In this document: one piece after another, positions 40,101-52,268 of the stretch
Layout: every line of letters starts with the position of its first letter
How positions within the stretch are numbered: the stretch's first letter is position 1
Assembly: GCA_030704615.1 (NCBI GenBank)
Contig: CM060732.1
Location: 81,096,001 to 81,160,000, forward strand
DNA: 64,000 bases
Source of the DNA: Takakia lepidozioides
Taxonomy: Eukaryota; Plantae; Bryophyta
Direction: 5' to 3'
Translations under genes and position numbers: made by a program
Notes under the pieces: model-generated
What the model was told of the DNA's origin: nothing
The model's input: the letters and a program-made list of their open reading frames with translations, nothing else
The model's database searches: none

Positions 40101-43100
40101 TCCCATGGGCTTTTAGAGCTCCCCTTGGATGTTATAGAGTTTCTTTCTTTCTCTGTCCGGAAGGTGACAAATGATTGCAAATTTGGTCAACTCCGAAGTA
40201 CCAGAAACTTTTCAATTCAGGCCTCATCTATACCCATTTGTAACTCCATGCATACATAGATGCGGATGGCAATCCATATTCCAACTAGAATGCATCGCTA
40301 AATGTCCATTTTATGCTCCAACTTAGAAGGCCTACATCACACCTAACATAGTGATGAAACCAGACAGGTATATTGCCAAGTTTTCAGTCCTTCAAGTGAT
40401 AAGTCACTAGTGTCAAGCGTCTATTAGAGCCAAAACAATTTGGAGGAATGATGATCAGCTGCCAAATGACTGTCATTACAACCTGGAGGCTGTGCATGTA
40501 CTGACGTATAGGAGATTTGGAAGTTGTTCCAGGCCAAATGTGGTGTTTCTTGGTAGTCTGGTTGTTGGCATGGTAGAATCCGTTATTGCCTACTCATACA
40601 ATGATCAGATTTGTCAACATGGTGGGGGTCAGAAATAGGAACACAGTTGCCCCTCTTTTTGAGAAGAAAAGTGTCCCAAGGCAGTAGCCCTGAAGGGTCA
40701 AAGAGGCGTTGTAAGTTTTTGTTGACTGTGACCAGTGTCATTATTCTGAAGTGCCTGCCTTTCCTCTTTGACCCCTGGGTGTTGAGCAATATTTCTGAAA
40801 TTATGAAAGCTGTAGAAAGGGAATGACCTCAAGCTCCTCTAGGAGACCTCAAATACGAACCAGCATTTTTGAATGTGACCCTCGTCAGGGGATGTGACAG
40901 TCCTCATCCTTGATTCATACAGGGTATTGAAATGCTGTCGCTGGGCTCCTTCAAAATCGGGGCTATCCTCTTGGTAATACTCTCTTGCTTTCTTCTTTTA
41001 CAATACTCGACCCCACTATGATAAGATTGCTGTTGGCTTTGAGTCTGAGATGGGTTGGACTTGTCCCCTCAACTGACTATGGGAGGGTTAGCATTCCACA
41101 GGGACTATGGCCATAGGGATATTTTGATGCAATGCTCTTTGGTGGACGTCAGAAAGTTTTTTTTCTCTTTCATTTTCTAGACAGTGGTTGTCAAGCACGT
41201 CAAGCACAAGCACTTGCCTTTCAGAAAACTTCACTGCTTCATTCAAAGATGGGCGCATTGAAAAAATGGTCGTGTGCCTGTTCATTGAGCACAATGATGT
41301 GGAGCTCACTAAGCCAGCAGGACTGATCTTGCAGGCAGGGCTTTTTGTATATGACATCTTCTGGGTGTTTTTCACACCAGTCATGGTTAGCGTGGCAAAG
41401 TCATTCGATGCTCCCATTAAGGTTCTCTCATGCCCTTCCACTGTGATTATTCATGCTTTTTGGTCAAATCTTCAGTATATACGGTTGTTTTTTCTCCTTA
41501 TATATGTGGGTTATATAATCTTTAGCATCATGTTAATTAACTGGTGGTTGAGAGGAGGTTAGCCAACCCAGAGAGTTTTGCCAAGCACTTCTCATTGACA
41601 GATCCAGCTGCTGAAGGGCTCCTGTCATTGTCAGTACACTGATGCGCCGAAAGTCAACCTTTTGCCATCCCTGAACTCAACTTTCTTCCATTAAGCCTCC
41701 TCTTTGTCCATTAAGTTAGGTAATTACTGTGAGTTGTCATCAGCTGGCTCAACCCTTCTGGGTTTTACCAGCATGGCTCCTCACAGCCAGTACCTAATTC
41801 CTATTTGAGCTTTGTCGCAGTCAAGTAACATGTCTGGGTTACTATGTCACCTCTCCTGGTCAATGATTGGGAGCGAGTGTGTGTTATAATGTTTGAAATG
41901 TCCACCATGATCCAGTACTTTGTTTATTTCAGCTTATCTTCCCGACAGGAGACGCGACGCGACCTTTCTCAATGTTGGGTCTTGGTGATATTGTCATACC
42001 AGGTTTACGCTCTTTCGCTTGGGTTCACTTATCATAGGAAATGCTAGAGAGAATGACAGGGAATGCATTTGTTTCTCAAATGCTTGGCAGCCTACCTGCA
42101 CAAGGCCTTCACCCTTAGACAATCGCTAGAACATTAATTGTGGTTTCTGGATTTGTTCCCCTCTCATGTTTTCTTCCATTTTGTCCCATAAGCTCTATGA
42201 GCTTTCCGCGGACATTATAAAGCACCATTTCATTTCATTTCATTTCATTTCTTTCATTTGCTTAACCTCAAATTTCATCACAAGATAATCGCTTGAAGGC
42301 ATCTTATGATATGGGGTCTCTCACTAAAATACCAATTGCCTGGATCTAGAATGTTCATGATCATTTGAGTTTCAGGTTGCGGAATCATGGTTTGTGGCTT
42401 TGTAAATTTACAAAGAAACTGAAAAGCATTAAACTGTGTTGTTCACTGTTGTTGTATGTATGTGGGGTGGGGTTTATATGGCTTCAGGTATTTTTGTAGC
42501 GTTGGCCTTGCGTTTTGATATGTCAAGAGGTCAACGCAAGACTTACTTCAGCAGTGCGTTTGCTGGCTACACAGCAGGCATCTTGGTCACTATTCTTGTT
42601 ATGAACTGGTTCCAGGCTGCCCAGGTCTGTCTTTTCGTGCTGTCTTGGACTCCATAGTGTCCATCTGCCCTTAAAGGTCTTGTAGTCCCTATAGTTGAGT
42701 TCTATCTATCTGTCCCACTTCTGCCTTGGTGAATTAGCCAGTACTAACTATCTATGAGGAAGAGATGTATTTGTCCCTGAAGGTAGTTTACATGCTTGTG
42801 TCATGTTACCATAGCCCTCATCAAGGGAGGAGCATAGACAAGCATGAATAATAAAGAATGCCAATATGGTTTTAGAGTTATTGGTGATGAATGGCCTCTC
42901 ATGTACACGTCGGTCATTCAGTTAAAACCACTCAAATTCTCAGAAAATGTCATTGGTTGTTTCATGTGGGATTCCAGCCAGCTCTACTGTATATAGTACC
43001 AGGCGTTGTTGGATTTTTGGGAGAACATTGTGCTGCAAATGGCGAGATTAAACCCATAAGTGGACCTCTCTTACTCACGTGAAGATGTCGTTAGGTTATG

Positions 43101-43346
43101 ATTTGTATCTGCATTAATATTGTGTAACCCTTTCTCAGGGTGCATCTTTGGAACATTGAACCAATCTCTCCTCCCCAGTCTGTCTGAACATACTGAGGTT
43201 GTCCTTGCTTCCTGAATGAGAATTTTACTGAGAAAGTGTGTTTGTGAGTACAGTTACTCCAGTTTGATGAGTCCATCAGCAGCACAGAGGGTGAAAAGTC
43301 CTTGAAAAATGCAGGCGTGCAATCCATAGACGACAAGTCTGATTGA
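37137..43346 (+). CDS. SPP: Signal peptide peptidase (peptidase A22B), multi-exon
   Basis: Exons give MISAERAANAALIGLTLAPLV...ETMSKEHAMRFP...KKHWLANN...GLFVYDIFWVF (YD)...MLGLGDIVIPG (GxGD)...QPALLYIVP...LLQFDES. The last donor reads ATAAGT. Confidence 0.93.
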
Positions 43347-44420
43347 CCCGTGACAGTAGAACCATGCTCTCCTTCAAAACGGACAGGTAGATCTTCCTCT
43401 GTCTCTCTGGGCTTCCTCTCAAAAGAATAACTTCCATTTCCCTTGTCACTCCTAAAGCAAAGTGCTGGATCTCTGGCCACCTATGGTAGATAACATTTAG
43501 TGATGATGATTCTTGTAACTTCCATTCACCAAGATGTTTCAAGCTATCTCTAATGTTGTGTCACTTTCACACAGGAGGCTTGGATGCATATCATAGCCAT
43601 GGGTCCAGAACTTTCTTGGTGCAAAGGTCAACTGTGCATCTGTCGAAAGCATTCTGGAAACAAGATCCACCAGACTGGGGTCGAGCCTAAACTAGAGCAC
43701 TGTCTAAAGTCAACAATGATCAGAGTGAGGCTCATGACCACTGAGAAATTGAAAGCACCTGTGTCCATTTGTAAGCACAATAATCTCCAATGTTCCATCA
43801 ACTGCTGGCCATGAATTGAAACAAAGTTTAATCTTAACTTTTTCACATACATAGCCACCATGTAGCTTGGGTGAACATTGAGACTATGGGTGAATTTAGG
43901 GTCTGACGACTAAGAAAACTTACAGCCATACATATCTTACTCTGTAAAGTATGAAGAGCAGAAACCCTCAATTTTGTACATCGAGTCACCAATTCTAGAA
44001 AGACTAATAACACCTAGGGCTGTTACTCGTGCTATTCAATTCTCTCATTTCAGTCATGAGATCCCCTGCTGGAAATTGCCAAGGGTGGATCTAGGAAGTA
44101 GAATGACGTGCAAAATTAATCAAGAATCAACTTCATTCCCAATCTACAATTACAAGCACCAGCACATATATTCGCAGTAGGGACCAAAAATGTACATTTA
44201 AGGCCCTGTGTAAATGCTCAGAAGAGGAAAAGGGATTTTAAAACAGATGCCTTCACTCCCACCCACAGCTAGCAAACTCCTGACTGGGATTACAAAAAAT
44301 TGTGAGCTGTTCAATTGTGAGAAGTCGCTAGTAGTGCGGAGCAACGCGAAGCCCTAGTTAAAGCGGCGACTGAAGGTCGGAGACTAGTTTAGCGCAGAGT
44401 AGGAATAGGGTGCCATAGCA

Positions 44421-44505
44421 ACACGTCATCTTCGCCACGTCATCGTCACCACGTCATCCTCCCCACGTCATCGTCACCATGTCATCGTTGCCACGTTTCG
44501 TCGTC
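44421..44505. repeat. Minisatellite of about 14 bp (CCACGTCATCGTCA-like), about 6 copies
   Basis: Read directly from the sequence. Confidence 0.8.
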
Positions 44506-44649
44506 AATGTTTTTGGACACTGCCGGGGCTGCCCGAAAATAACAGAAAAATTAACCGGGAGAGATGTGCGCGGGGAAGGGAGGATGATGCGTGGAGGGGT
44601 TTCACACAGCGATCGCAGATGGAGACATTTGCAGATTATGAGTACACCG

Positions 44650-46400
44650 TAGGAGCTCTCACAGGAATTTGCACGATGGTGGGACAACCGCAATCGCAAG
44701 GTGTGGCTTTTTCTTAATGTACGATGTGAAGAAGTGTTGTCCATCCTGCAAATGTGGGCTCTTGGCTCATGTTAGTACCATGATTTGGTATTCTTCATGA
44801 TGTTTACAAGGTTCTTGAGAGAGTCAGCTTGGTCTTAGCAGACTGTGTTTCAATCTCTGCCTGCTCAGCTGCACCGAGGTGGTTCTCACATACCAATCCG
44901 ACATTACCTGACTACAGACACAAGCAGCACACACAAGATGTCCTTTTGGGTTGATGGTCGGTCAATTCCTCCATGGGTCATGACACAAGGTCAAGGACAA
45001 TGTGGTGAGGGCACCTTCTTCTTCGACCTATTTCAGCCTGTTTTTCCCTCTCATCCAACTCGGCCCTGAGATGCATATTGAATTTTGTAAATTAGCTCGT
45101 TGGGTGGATCTGTGGTGGTTTGGAATGACTTTGACAAGTTACTGCTGATGTGGCAGCAGGAAAGTATCCAAAAACAGATAACAGAGATGAAGAGAAGCTT
45201 TGGAATGAACACTTTTCCGACCCCAGTCAATGGTGGGACAATGGAGACAAAAAGGTGAATGCCTATTGGACTACAGAGAGAAGCAGATGCAATTCAGAAT
45301 TGGAACTACTGTAATAAGTAGGGTTGGGGTGTTTGCTGGAAGAACTTCACGCCGTCAGTGTCAGCTGCTAGCAGCACGTATTCATGATTTGTACACAGGC
45401 AGGGATAGCTGAAGGACCAGGGATAGAGGTCCAGATGCATCCAAGAGGGCCGGATTTCAAACACAAGATTACTTCTGATTCCCTGTGGATCGATAGCTAC
45501 AAGAAATCTGCGTGCGTAGATGGTCAACTGGAAACAGCAGCTTTGCAGCAGCACAATTGATAGAACAAGACACTGCTAATGAAGGCACCTTCTTCAACAC
45601 ATTTCAGCCTGTTTTTCCCTGTTATCAGAGTCGTCCCTAAATTTTCATGTTGAATTCTGCAAGTTAGCCTCGTCGGTGGATCTATGGTGGTTTTGGAGTG
45701 ATTTTGACATGTTACTGCCAATGTTGCAACAGGAAAGTATTGAAAAACAGATAACAGAGACGAGGAGAAGCTCTGGAATGAATACGTTTCCGACCCCAGT
45801 CAATGGTGGAACAATCGAGGCAAAAAGGTGAATGCCTGTTGGAAGCAGACGCAAGTCAGCATAGGAACTAGTGTGATAAGGAGGGTTGGGTTTACTGGAA
45901 CAATTCTAGGCTGTCATTGTCAGCTGCTAGCAGCACGGCAAGGATGTATGCATGATTTGTGCAGAGGCATGGATAGCTGAAGGAGCAGGGATAGAGTGTG
46001 GGTCCAGATTCATCCAAAAGGGCCGGATTTCAACCTCTAGATTACCTATGATTCCCTGTGGAAGGATAGCTACAAGAAACCTGCATGGGTAGATGGTCAA
46101 CTGGAAGCCACAGCAGCAGCGGCACAATTGATAAAATCAGTCGCTGCTAATGAAGGCACCTTCTTCAACACATTTCACCCTGTTTTTCCCTCTCATCAGA
46201 ATCGGCCCTAAATTTCCATGTTGAATTCTGCAAGTTAGCTGGTTGAGTGAATCTAGTTTGGAGTGACTTTGCATGATACTGCCAATGTGACAACAGGAAA
46301 GTATCCAAAAACAGGTAACAGAGATGAGGAGAAGCTGTGGAATGAATACTTTTCTGACCCCAGTCAATGGTGGGACAACCGAGGCAAAAACGTGAATGCC
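44650..46400 (+). pseudogene. Tandem exon-pair array encoding OSB-type PDF motifs (WWDNR exon + PDFKHK exon)
   Basis: WWDNRNRK|GT at 44677-44700, then units of about 570 bp starting near 45010, 45585 and 46155. They encode EEKLWNEYFSDPSQWWDNRGK and HPRGPDFKHKITSDSLWIDSYKK..VDGQL; the third unit is partial. Confidence 0.75.
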
Positions 46401-46407
46401 TGTCAAA

Positions 46408-46473
46408 TTACCAGATGTCATTCTGAACACTGCCTTGGTGGACATGTATGCCAAATGTGGGTGCATCGAGGAA
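46408..46473 (+). pseudogene. PPR motif fragment
   Basis: LPDVILNTALVDMYAKCGCIEE. Confidence 0.75.
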
Positions 46474-47429
46474 GGTGGGGTGAGGGAAGGGAGGTGGCAA
46501 CACTCGGTTTCAATTTCATTGCAGTTGGCATATGTCCGCAGCACTACAATGCTCACTCTTCACTGATTATGGTGAATTAATGTGCAGAGTTTGAGGACAC
46601 GGAACGGAGTGGATGGTTCATAGGGAAAGGGCAAGCATGGTAGCTCTCTTTCTGTTTTCTGGGTGCATTGGTCTGTTAAAGTTCTGGATGTTTTGCAAAC
46701 AACAATTCTGGTATGGCTGCGTGGTTGTGTCTATTACATTGGATGTATGTCATCTGTACATCTCCATTTAGGAGATGTCATTCTGTCAAACATTTAATAT
46801 GTGATATGATGACACTTATGGTGAGCATATTGGTAAGACTAAGCTTATATTTAGTGGTTCTTCAGTTTTGTGGAAAACTGAGAAAATTGGCTGGATTTGC
46901 ATATGCAAGCAGTGTTTTGGTCCATCAGTAGTGCCTGCATTATTCCCATTGTGAATGTATAGAAAGCAGTTGTGAAGTTGTTGACCTAACATAGTAATTG
47001 GGATGTTCCTGGCAGGCTCGCTGAAGGGGAACATTTTACTTGCCAAGCGTCGTGGCTGCCCATGTCCTTGGTGCGTTTAGTTTCAGGCCATGCAAACCTT
47101 CTCAGGGAACATTTGATAGCTATTTTGTAGCTTTTTGTTCTAGCAGCAGCAAAATTTGACCTACAGTGGGTAGGCTGCAAGGCCCAATATCAGTGCTGAA
47201 ATATGGAATATACTCATAAGACGTTGTTTGCCGTAGCCTTGTGGCCATTGACCCCGCGCACAGTTTGAGCGGAACACAAAGGGACAGAACCTACCTTTGT
47301 CAGTGACTGATGCCGGTAGTCAGACTTACCTTGGAATAAACAATTGATCCGGGTTTTCCAGATATCCTCTAGAAAACCCTTTACACAAGCGTCAACCTGC
47401 TGTGTGTGGTTTGCCCAATAACTAGGCCC

Positions 47430-47800
47430 TAAAAGGGCATGGGCTTTTGGCTCAGCCTCGAGACTTTCAAAATTGGTAAACAGTGGTACACAATTCCCTT
47501 GATAGATTTGAAGGGAGCGTCTCTCTGGTGAGAGAACCCCGGACAATGAATCAGAAAATGAATATCTTCAGGTTGCCCGCACAAAGGGCAATTGCACTCT
47601 CCCTTTCCTCTCTGCTTCTGGTTGCTGTTCAAAGGTAGGCTTCCCGCCCTGAGTTTAAATTTCAGTCTAGTGCCGAGAGTGGGTAGACCCTTGAGGTCAT
47701 CCATGATGGCCTCCCCCATGTCATATAGAAATAAGTTCAGGGAAGTTTTCTGCCTAACTTCATTTTCATGTCTGTTGCCAGGAAATTGTCTGATGAAGTG
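47430..47800 (-). mobile_element. Non-LTR retrotransposon 3' fragment (C-terminal CCHC)
   Basis: LRAGSLPL...CPLCGQPEDIHFLIHCP...R. Confidence 0.65.
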
Positions 47801-47976
47801 CTGAAATATAGAAGAGAGAGGAAAGCAGGGAGGGAATGATGGAGAGAGAAGGACCAGGCCACATGTTAGGTTATTCCTATGGGATCTCGGGTTGTGGGAA
47901 TGGGAACAGGAGAAGAGTTCATGTTTACCCAAGTAATTGGTCACTGCTTTCTTTGACTGTAAGTGTTCGTTGCCAG

Positions 47977-48976
47977 ATCCTAAACCAGGGGAACGAATCT
48001 TGGACATGTGTGCGGCACCTGGGGGTAAGACAACTGCAATTGCTATGCTCATGGAGGACAAGGGTGAAATCATAGCACTGGACCGCTCACATAGTAAGGT
48101 AACTTTTGGTTGCTGCTGTTTGGGGGGGACTTTCTGCCCTTGCTCAGCGGCACACATGTAGACTCTCTCTCTCTCCCTCTCTGCTCACACTTTTCTTATG
48201 TGTTGTGAGACCAGGTAAAGGAAATTTATTTTTGGCAAGGGTAGTTCTTACAAATGTTAGTCTGGTCGCATTTTGTGCTGGCTAGGGCGCAGCATATGTT
48301 TTCAATCAAACTAAGCAGTAGAGATATTTCAATTATCATCCAGTTGGATAGCTGCACTGGGAGACAGCCATTCAACTCAAGCAAGATCAGTGAAAGTTAA
48401 ATGGTCCTTTATATGGTCTCTGGGGCAATGACAGCTTTTGTTGGGTGGGTATGAGCAGGTCTTAGATATTGTCCGTTTAGCCAAGGAGATGAAGCTTACT
48501 TGCATCCAAGCGATCAAGCTGGATGCTCTAAAGTCTGCTCTTACCAACTTCACCACAAGTGAGGGCAATGTGAGCCCCTCCTCTGATGTGGAGTCAATCG
48601 CATCATCCACTGTGTGTCTAATCAACATCCATGCCAGGACTAACAATGGAGCTACATCAGTGGAGCTGTCAAATGTGTCAGCTGATGGAACCTCTGAGGG
48701 AGTTTCATCTGAAAGGTTGGTCTCGACAATGTACCAATGTAAGCTATGGAGGCTGGCTGCCTAGTTATCATCTCTCTTTTAAGTGAGCACAGTGTGACCA
48801 CCTGCAAACATTGTGTTCCTCAGATGCTGGTCAAGCATCGGAACTTGGCACCAGAGGTGGAGAGCATGAAGAGATTGACCATTCCAAATGAAGCTGTGGC
48901 TCTCTCTTCTGGTACCACTGGATCAAAAAGTGGTCCAGAAGACAAGGGAGAGTATGCAAGCAGGGCTCAGGCGCGG
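47977..48976 (+). pseudogene. Internal exons of an NSUN6-like (NOL1/NOP2/Sun) RNA m5C methyltransferase, partial
   Basis: DPKPGERILDMCAAPGGKTT...DRSHSK | VLDIVRLAKEMKLTCIQAIKLDALKS with GT-AG introns. The 5' and catalytic 3' exons are absent. Confidence 0.8.
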
Positions 48977-48994
48977 TAAGAGGCGTGGAGACTG

Positions 48995-49642
48995 AAAACA
49001 GGGTCTGGTAGAGTTTGACAATACCCTTGTGGACATGTATGCCAAATGTGGGAGCATTGAGGATGTAGAGGGAGTGTTCAACAATATGGCTGAACGAGAT
49101 TTGGTGTCATGGAACGCCATGCTTGCAGTCCTATATACACAGCAGGGGCGCGGGATGGAGGCCTGGGAGACCTATGAGCAAATGATGGGGTAAGGGGTGA
49201 AGCGCAACCACATCAAGTTTGTGTGCGTTTGCAATGCTTGTGCAAGCCTGCAGCCCTGGAAAAGGGCAAAGAGGTGCATGGTGACATCATCAAAGCTGGA
49301 ATTGTACCAAATGTCATTCTGGACACTGCCCTGGTGGACATGTATGTGAAATGTGGGTGCATTGAGGATGCAAAGGGAGTATTTGACAATATGGCTGATC
49401 GAAATGTGGTGTCGTGGAACGCGATGATTGCAGTATATGCCCAGCATGGTTGTCATAGGGAGGTCCTGCAACTATTTGAAGGAATGCAAAAGAACGGTTT
49501 CAAGCCGGACATTATCACCTTTATATGTGTTCTCTCTGCATGCAGCCACACTGGCCTACTCGATGAAGGAAGACACTACTTCGATTCCGTGAGTCAAGAT
49601 CATAGTGTCAGTCTAAGGCACTTTGGCTGCATGGTGGACCTA
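48995..49642 (+). pseudogene. PLS-class PPR protein remnant
   Basis: ALVDMYxKCGxIEDA..VFDNM..RNVVSWNAMI and ITFICVLSACSHTGLLDEG...HFGCMVDL, with a stop and a frameshift. Confidence 0.9.
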
Positions 49643-50608
49643 GCTTCTTGGACGTGCGGGACAACTGCCTACTTGTGCCAATATCTAGAAACAGTACATC
49701 AGAGAGTGCCAGATCTTCACATCACAATGAGGGCTTGAGAATTGTTTCAGGACTGATGCGATCAAAAGGTCTACAAATAGTCTAGTGTGCAGTTTTCCAG
49801 AAAATCCTTACCATACAAGATCGGTGTGCAGGTTTACTTTGGGACATATTTTGTGTGCGACACCACTCTTAAAAGTAAGAGTGTTATGTCTGAGTCGATT
49901 GCAAGTGTGGCGGTTGGAGACTCTCTGAGTGTTTTGGAGATGTAGAAAATGTTTCTAACTACATGTTGAGCCGTTTATCATATGGTTCACCCTGTTGAGT
50001 CAGAGTGGCCTGCTGGTATCAGGCTGGTATCATGCCGAGTTATAGGTCTCTTTGAATAAACATGAAGGACTTGTTTGTCCAGCCTTCATCTTCCATAAGT
50101 AGAAGTGAAGAAGCCTAGTGCAGATGGTTAGGAGTATTGGAACCTGCAAAAGTTGACCTCCAGATGACTAGAATAAGAGAGAATATTTGTACAAAAGGCT
50201 TGCCAGCTATCTTCAGTTGGAAATCCATTTTCTCAGATATTATGTGGTTTTTGACCCATTCACCTGGGAAAGACCCTGACTAGACATAAAAAAGCATAAA
50301 AAGGCAGAAGGGTTGAAAGCCAGTGGGCATGCCCGGCGAGGTTCAGAACTCAGTTTGACAGGGTAAGCTTGGTCCCCTGTATTCTGCAGGGAGTTCCAAG
50401 TAAGAACCAAGTTCTACATGGAGCAAGTAACATGGTGAATTCATAGTCCTTCATATATTGATAAAAATTAAAAAAGGTGAATTTCTAAATTTACCACTAT
50501 CGAATCTGTATTCCCAAAAAAAAAAAAAAAAAACACTGCATTGTTTTCTATTTTTATTGGCATTATTTTTATTGGCTCTGTCCCGCAAGGGATAGAGGCA
50601 TTGTGGAG

Positions 50609-50891
50609 CAGTGTTTTTCTTTCAGGCGGAAAATCGCCATATTTCGACCTCGAAACTCGGTCAGCTACTTGTATAAAGGAGGGGGGTAAAATCTGAGATT
50701 TTCACCAAAAGCACCAGGAGATAAATTTCAGGAGCCTAATCTTGCCGACATGGACCAATGAAAATGTGACACCTGGAGTATAGCCACTTTTCTAACTTTG
50801 TCACCTCGATATTCTCGCCACATGGGCACTGGGTGGAATCCACAGGTGGCCCAGGCAGCGATTTTGGAAATATGGAAAAAAAAAAATGCTG
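50609..50891. mobile_element. hAT-type MITE
   Basis: Termini CAGTGTTTTT / AAAAATGCTG with an 8-bp TSD TTGTGGAG / CTGTGGAG. Interrupts one unit of a tandem repeat of about 90 bp (50581-51060). Confidence 0.7.
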
Positions 50892-51237
50892 CTGTGGAGA
50901 CTTCTTGCCTAGGCGGAGAAAGGAGCACTAGGCTTATCCATCCAACCTAGTATATGGAGGGTTGATGGGACCCGCAAAGGACAGAGACATTGTGGAGGCA
51001 TCTTGCATAAGGGGAGAACTAGGCTTATCCATTAAGCCTAGTCTATGGAGGGTTGATGGGCATGATTCATGAAGCCGTGGAAAAAGTATAAAACAACAAC
51101 CCCAAAATTACCTAATGAAATAGCCTAGCTTTTTGTGGCGGAGCCGCTTGTTTTTATTTTATTTTTTTAAAATGGGAGCATCCTGCCATACAACTTTACA
51201 AAGAAAAGGTGAAAAGGTCCAAAAAGAATAAGTCAAG

Positions 51238-52268
51238 TTGAACTCTTCCTATCTTCAGAACCAGGACTTTGTTCGGAAATTGAAGGAGGTCTGGTCCTCA
51301 GCAGGTCAAGGTTTTACCTCCCCGACTATTACATGCATAAGCTCAATGCTACTCGAAAGGCAACTCGGACTCTTTTTCGCGAACAAGAGGCAGTGGCTTT
51401 ACCACCTGAAGGAGCACACTTCAGTTGGCTCATCTTGTCATTCCCTTCTGCTATTGAGAAGTCCAGCAGACATAAAGCGCTTCTCAAATGTCTTGCCCAT
51501 TGCCAGAAAATATTGGAAAGTGGAGAGTTCCTGGCCCGCTCACTATGTCTTCATATCAAAGTGCCAAACGAAATCTGAGTCACTTTTCTGCTGAAACTGA
51601 AAGGTTCATGAAAGCTAGAGCAAGGATTAATTGGTCGCTCAAGGGGGAGAAAATGAATGCTTATTTTTTCCAAAAATCCAGGCAACATTGGGAAGCAACT
51701 ATCTTCACCTCCATCAAGAACTCTGATGGATAGGTCTTCGGCAGTTCCAAGGGCATGATTGCAGCTGCAGCTGTTTACTTTTCAGCTCTCTTCTCCTCTA
51801 AAGCGACTCTTAACGATGCTGCCAATGCTGCCAGGGATGAGGTGGTCAACTCTTACCCTTCTCTGCTTTCTGCTGCAGAGCAAGATCGAGCTCTCCTCTC
51901 CCTTTTCGTCGATGGAGCTAGTTGATGCCATTGAATGTCTCAGTTCAATGGCTAGATGGCTTACCTGTCGAATTCTTCAAAGCTTTATGGGATTGCATTG
52001 AGATGGACTTTCTTAGGATGGCTGATAATATTCTGAAGAAGGGTATTATGCCCTCGCAGTTCTCGCAAGGAGTCATTACTCTTATTTACAAAAAAAGGGA
52101 CAGAGACAACCTATCTAACTACAGGCCAATTACTTTGTTAAACAACACCTACAAAATTCTGGCTAAAGCGCTTACTTTGCGCCTGCAGCCCTTGCTTCCA
52201 AAGCTGATAAGACCTGAGCAATCAGGATTCATTAAAAACAGGATGATCTTGGACAATATTTTGCTAGC
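51238..52268 (+). mobile_element. L1-like LINE ORF2 (RT) fragment
   Basis: ARINWSLKGEK..AYFF, DGLPVEFFKALW, NYRPITLLNNTYKILAK and EQSGFIKNRMILDNIL. Cut by the CACTA insertion. Confidence 0.9.

Noticed and set aside
44421-46400. CRISPR-like arrangement
   Set aside because: Tandem repeats without unique spacers, no cas genes, eukaryotic context.
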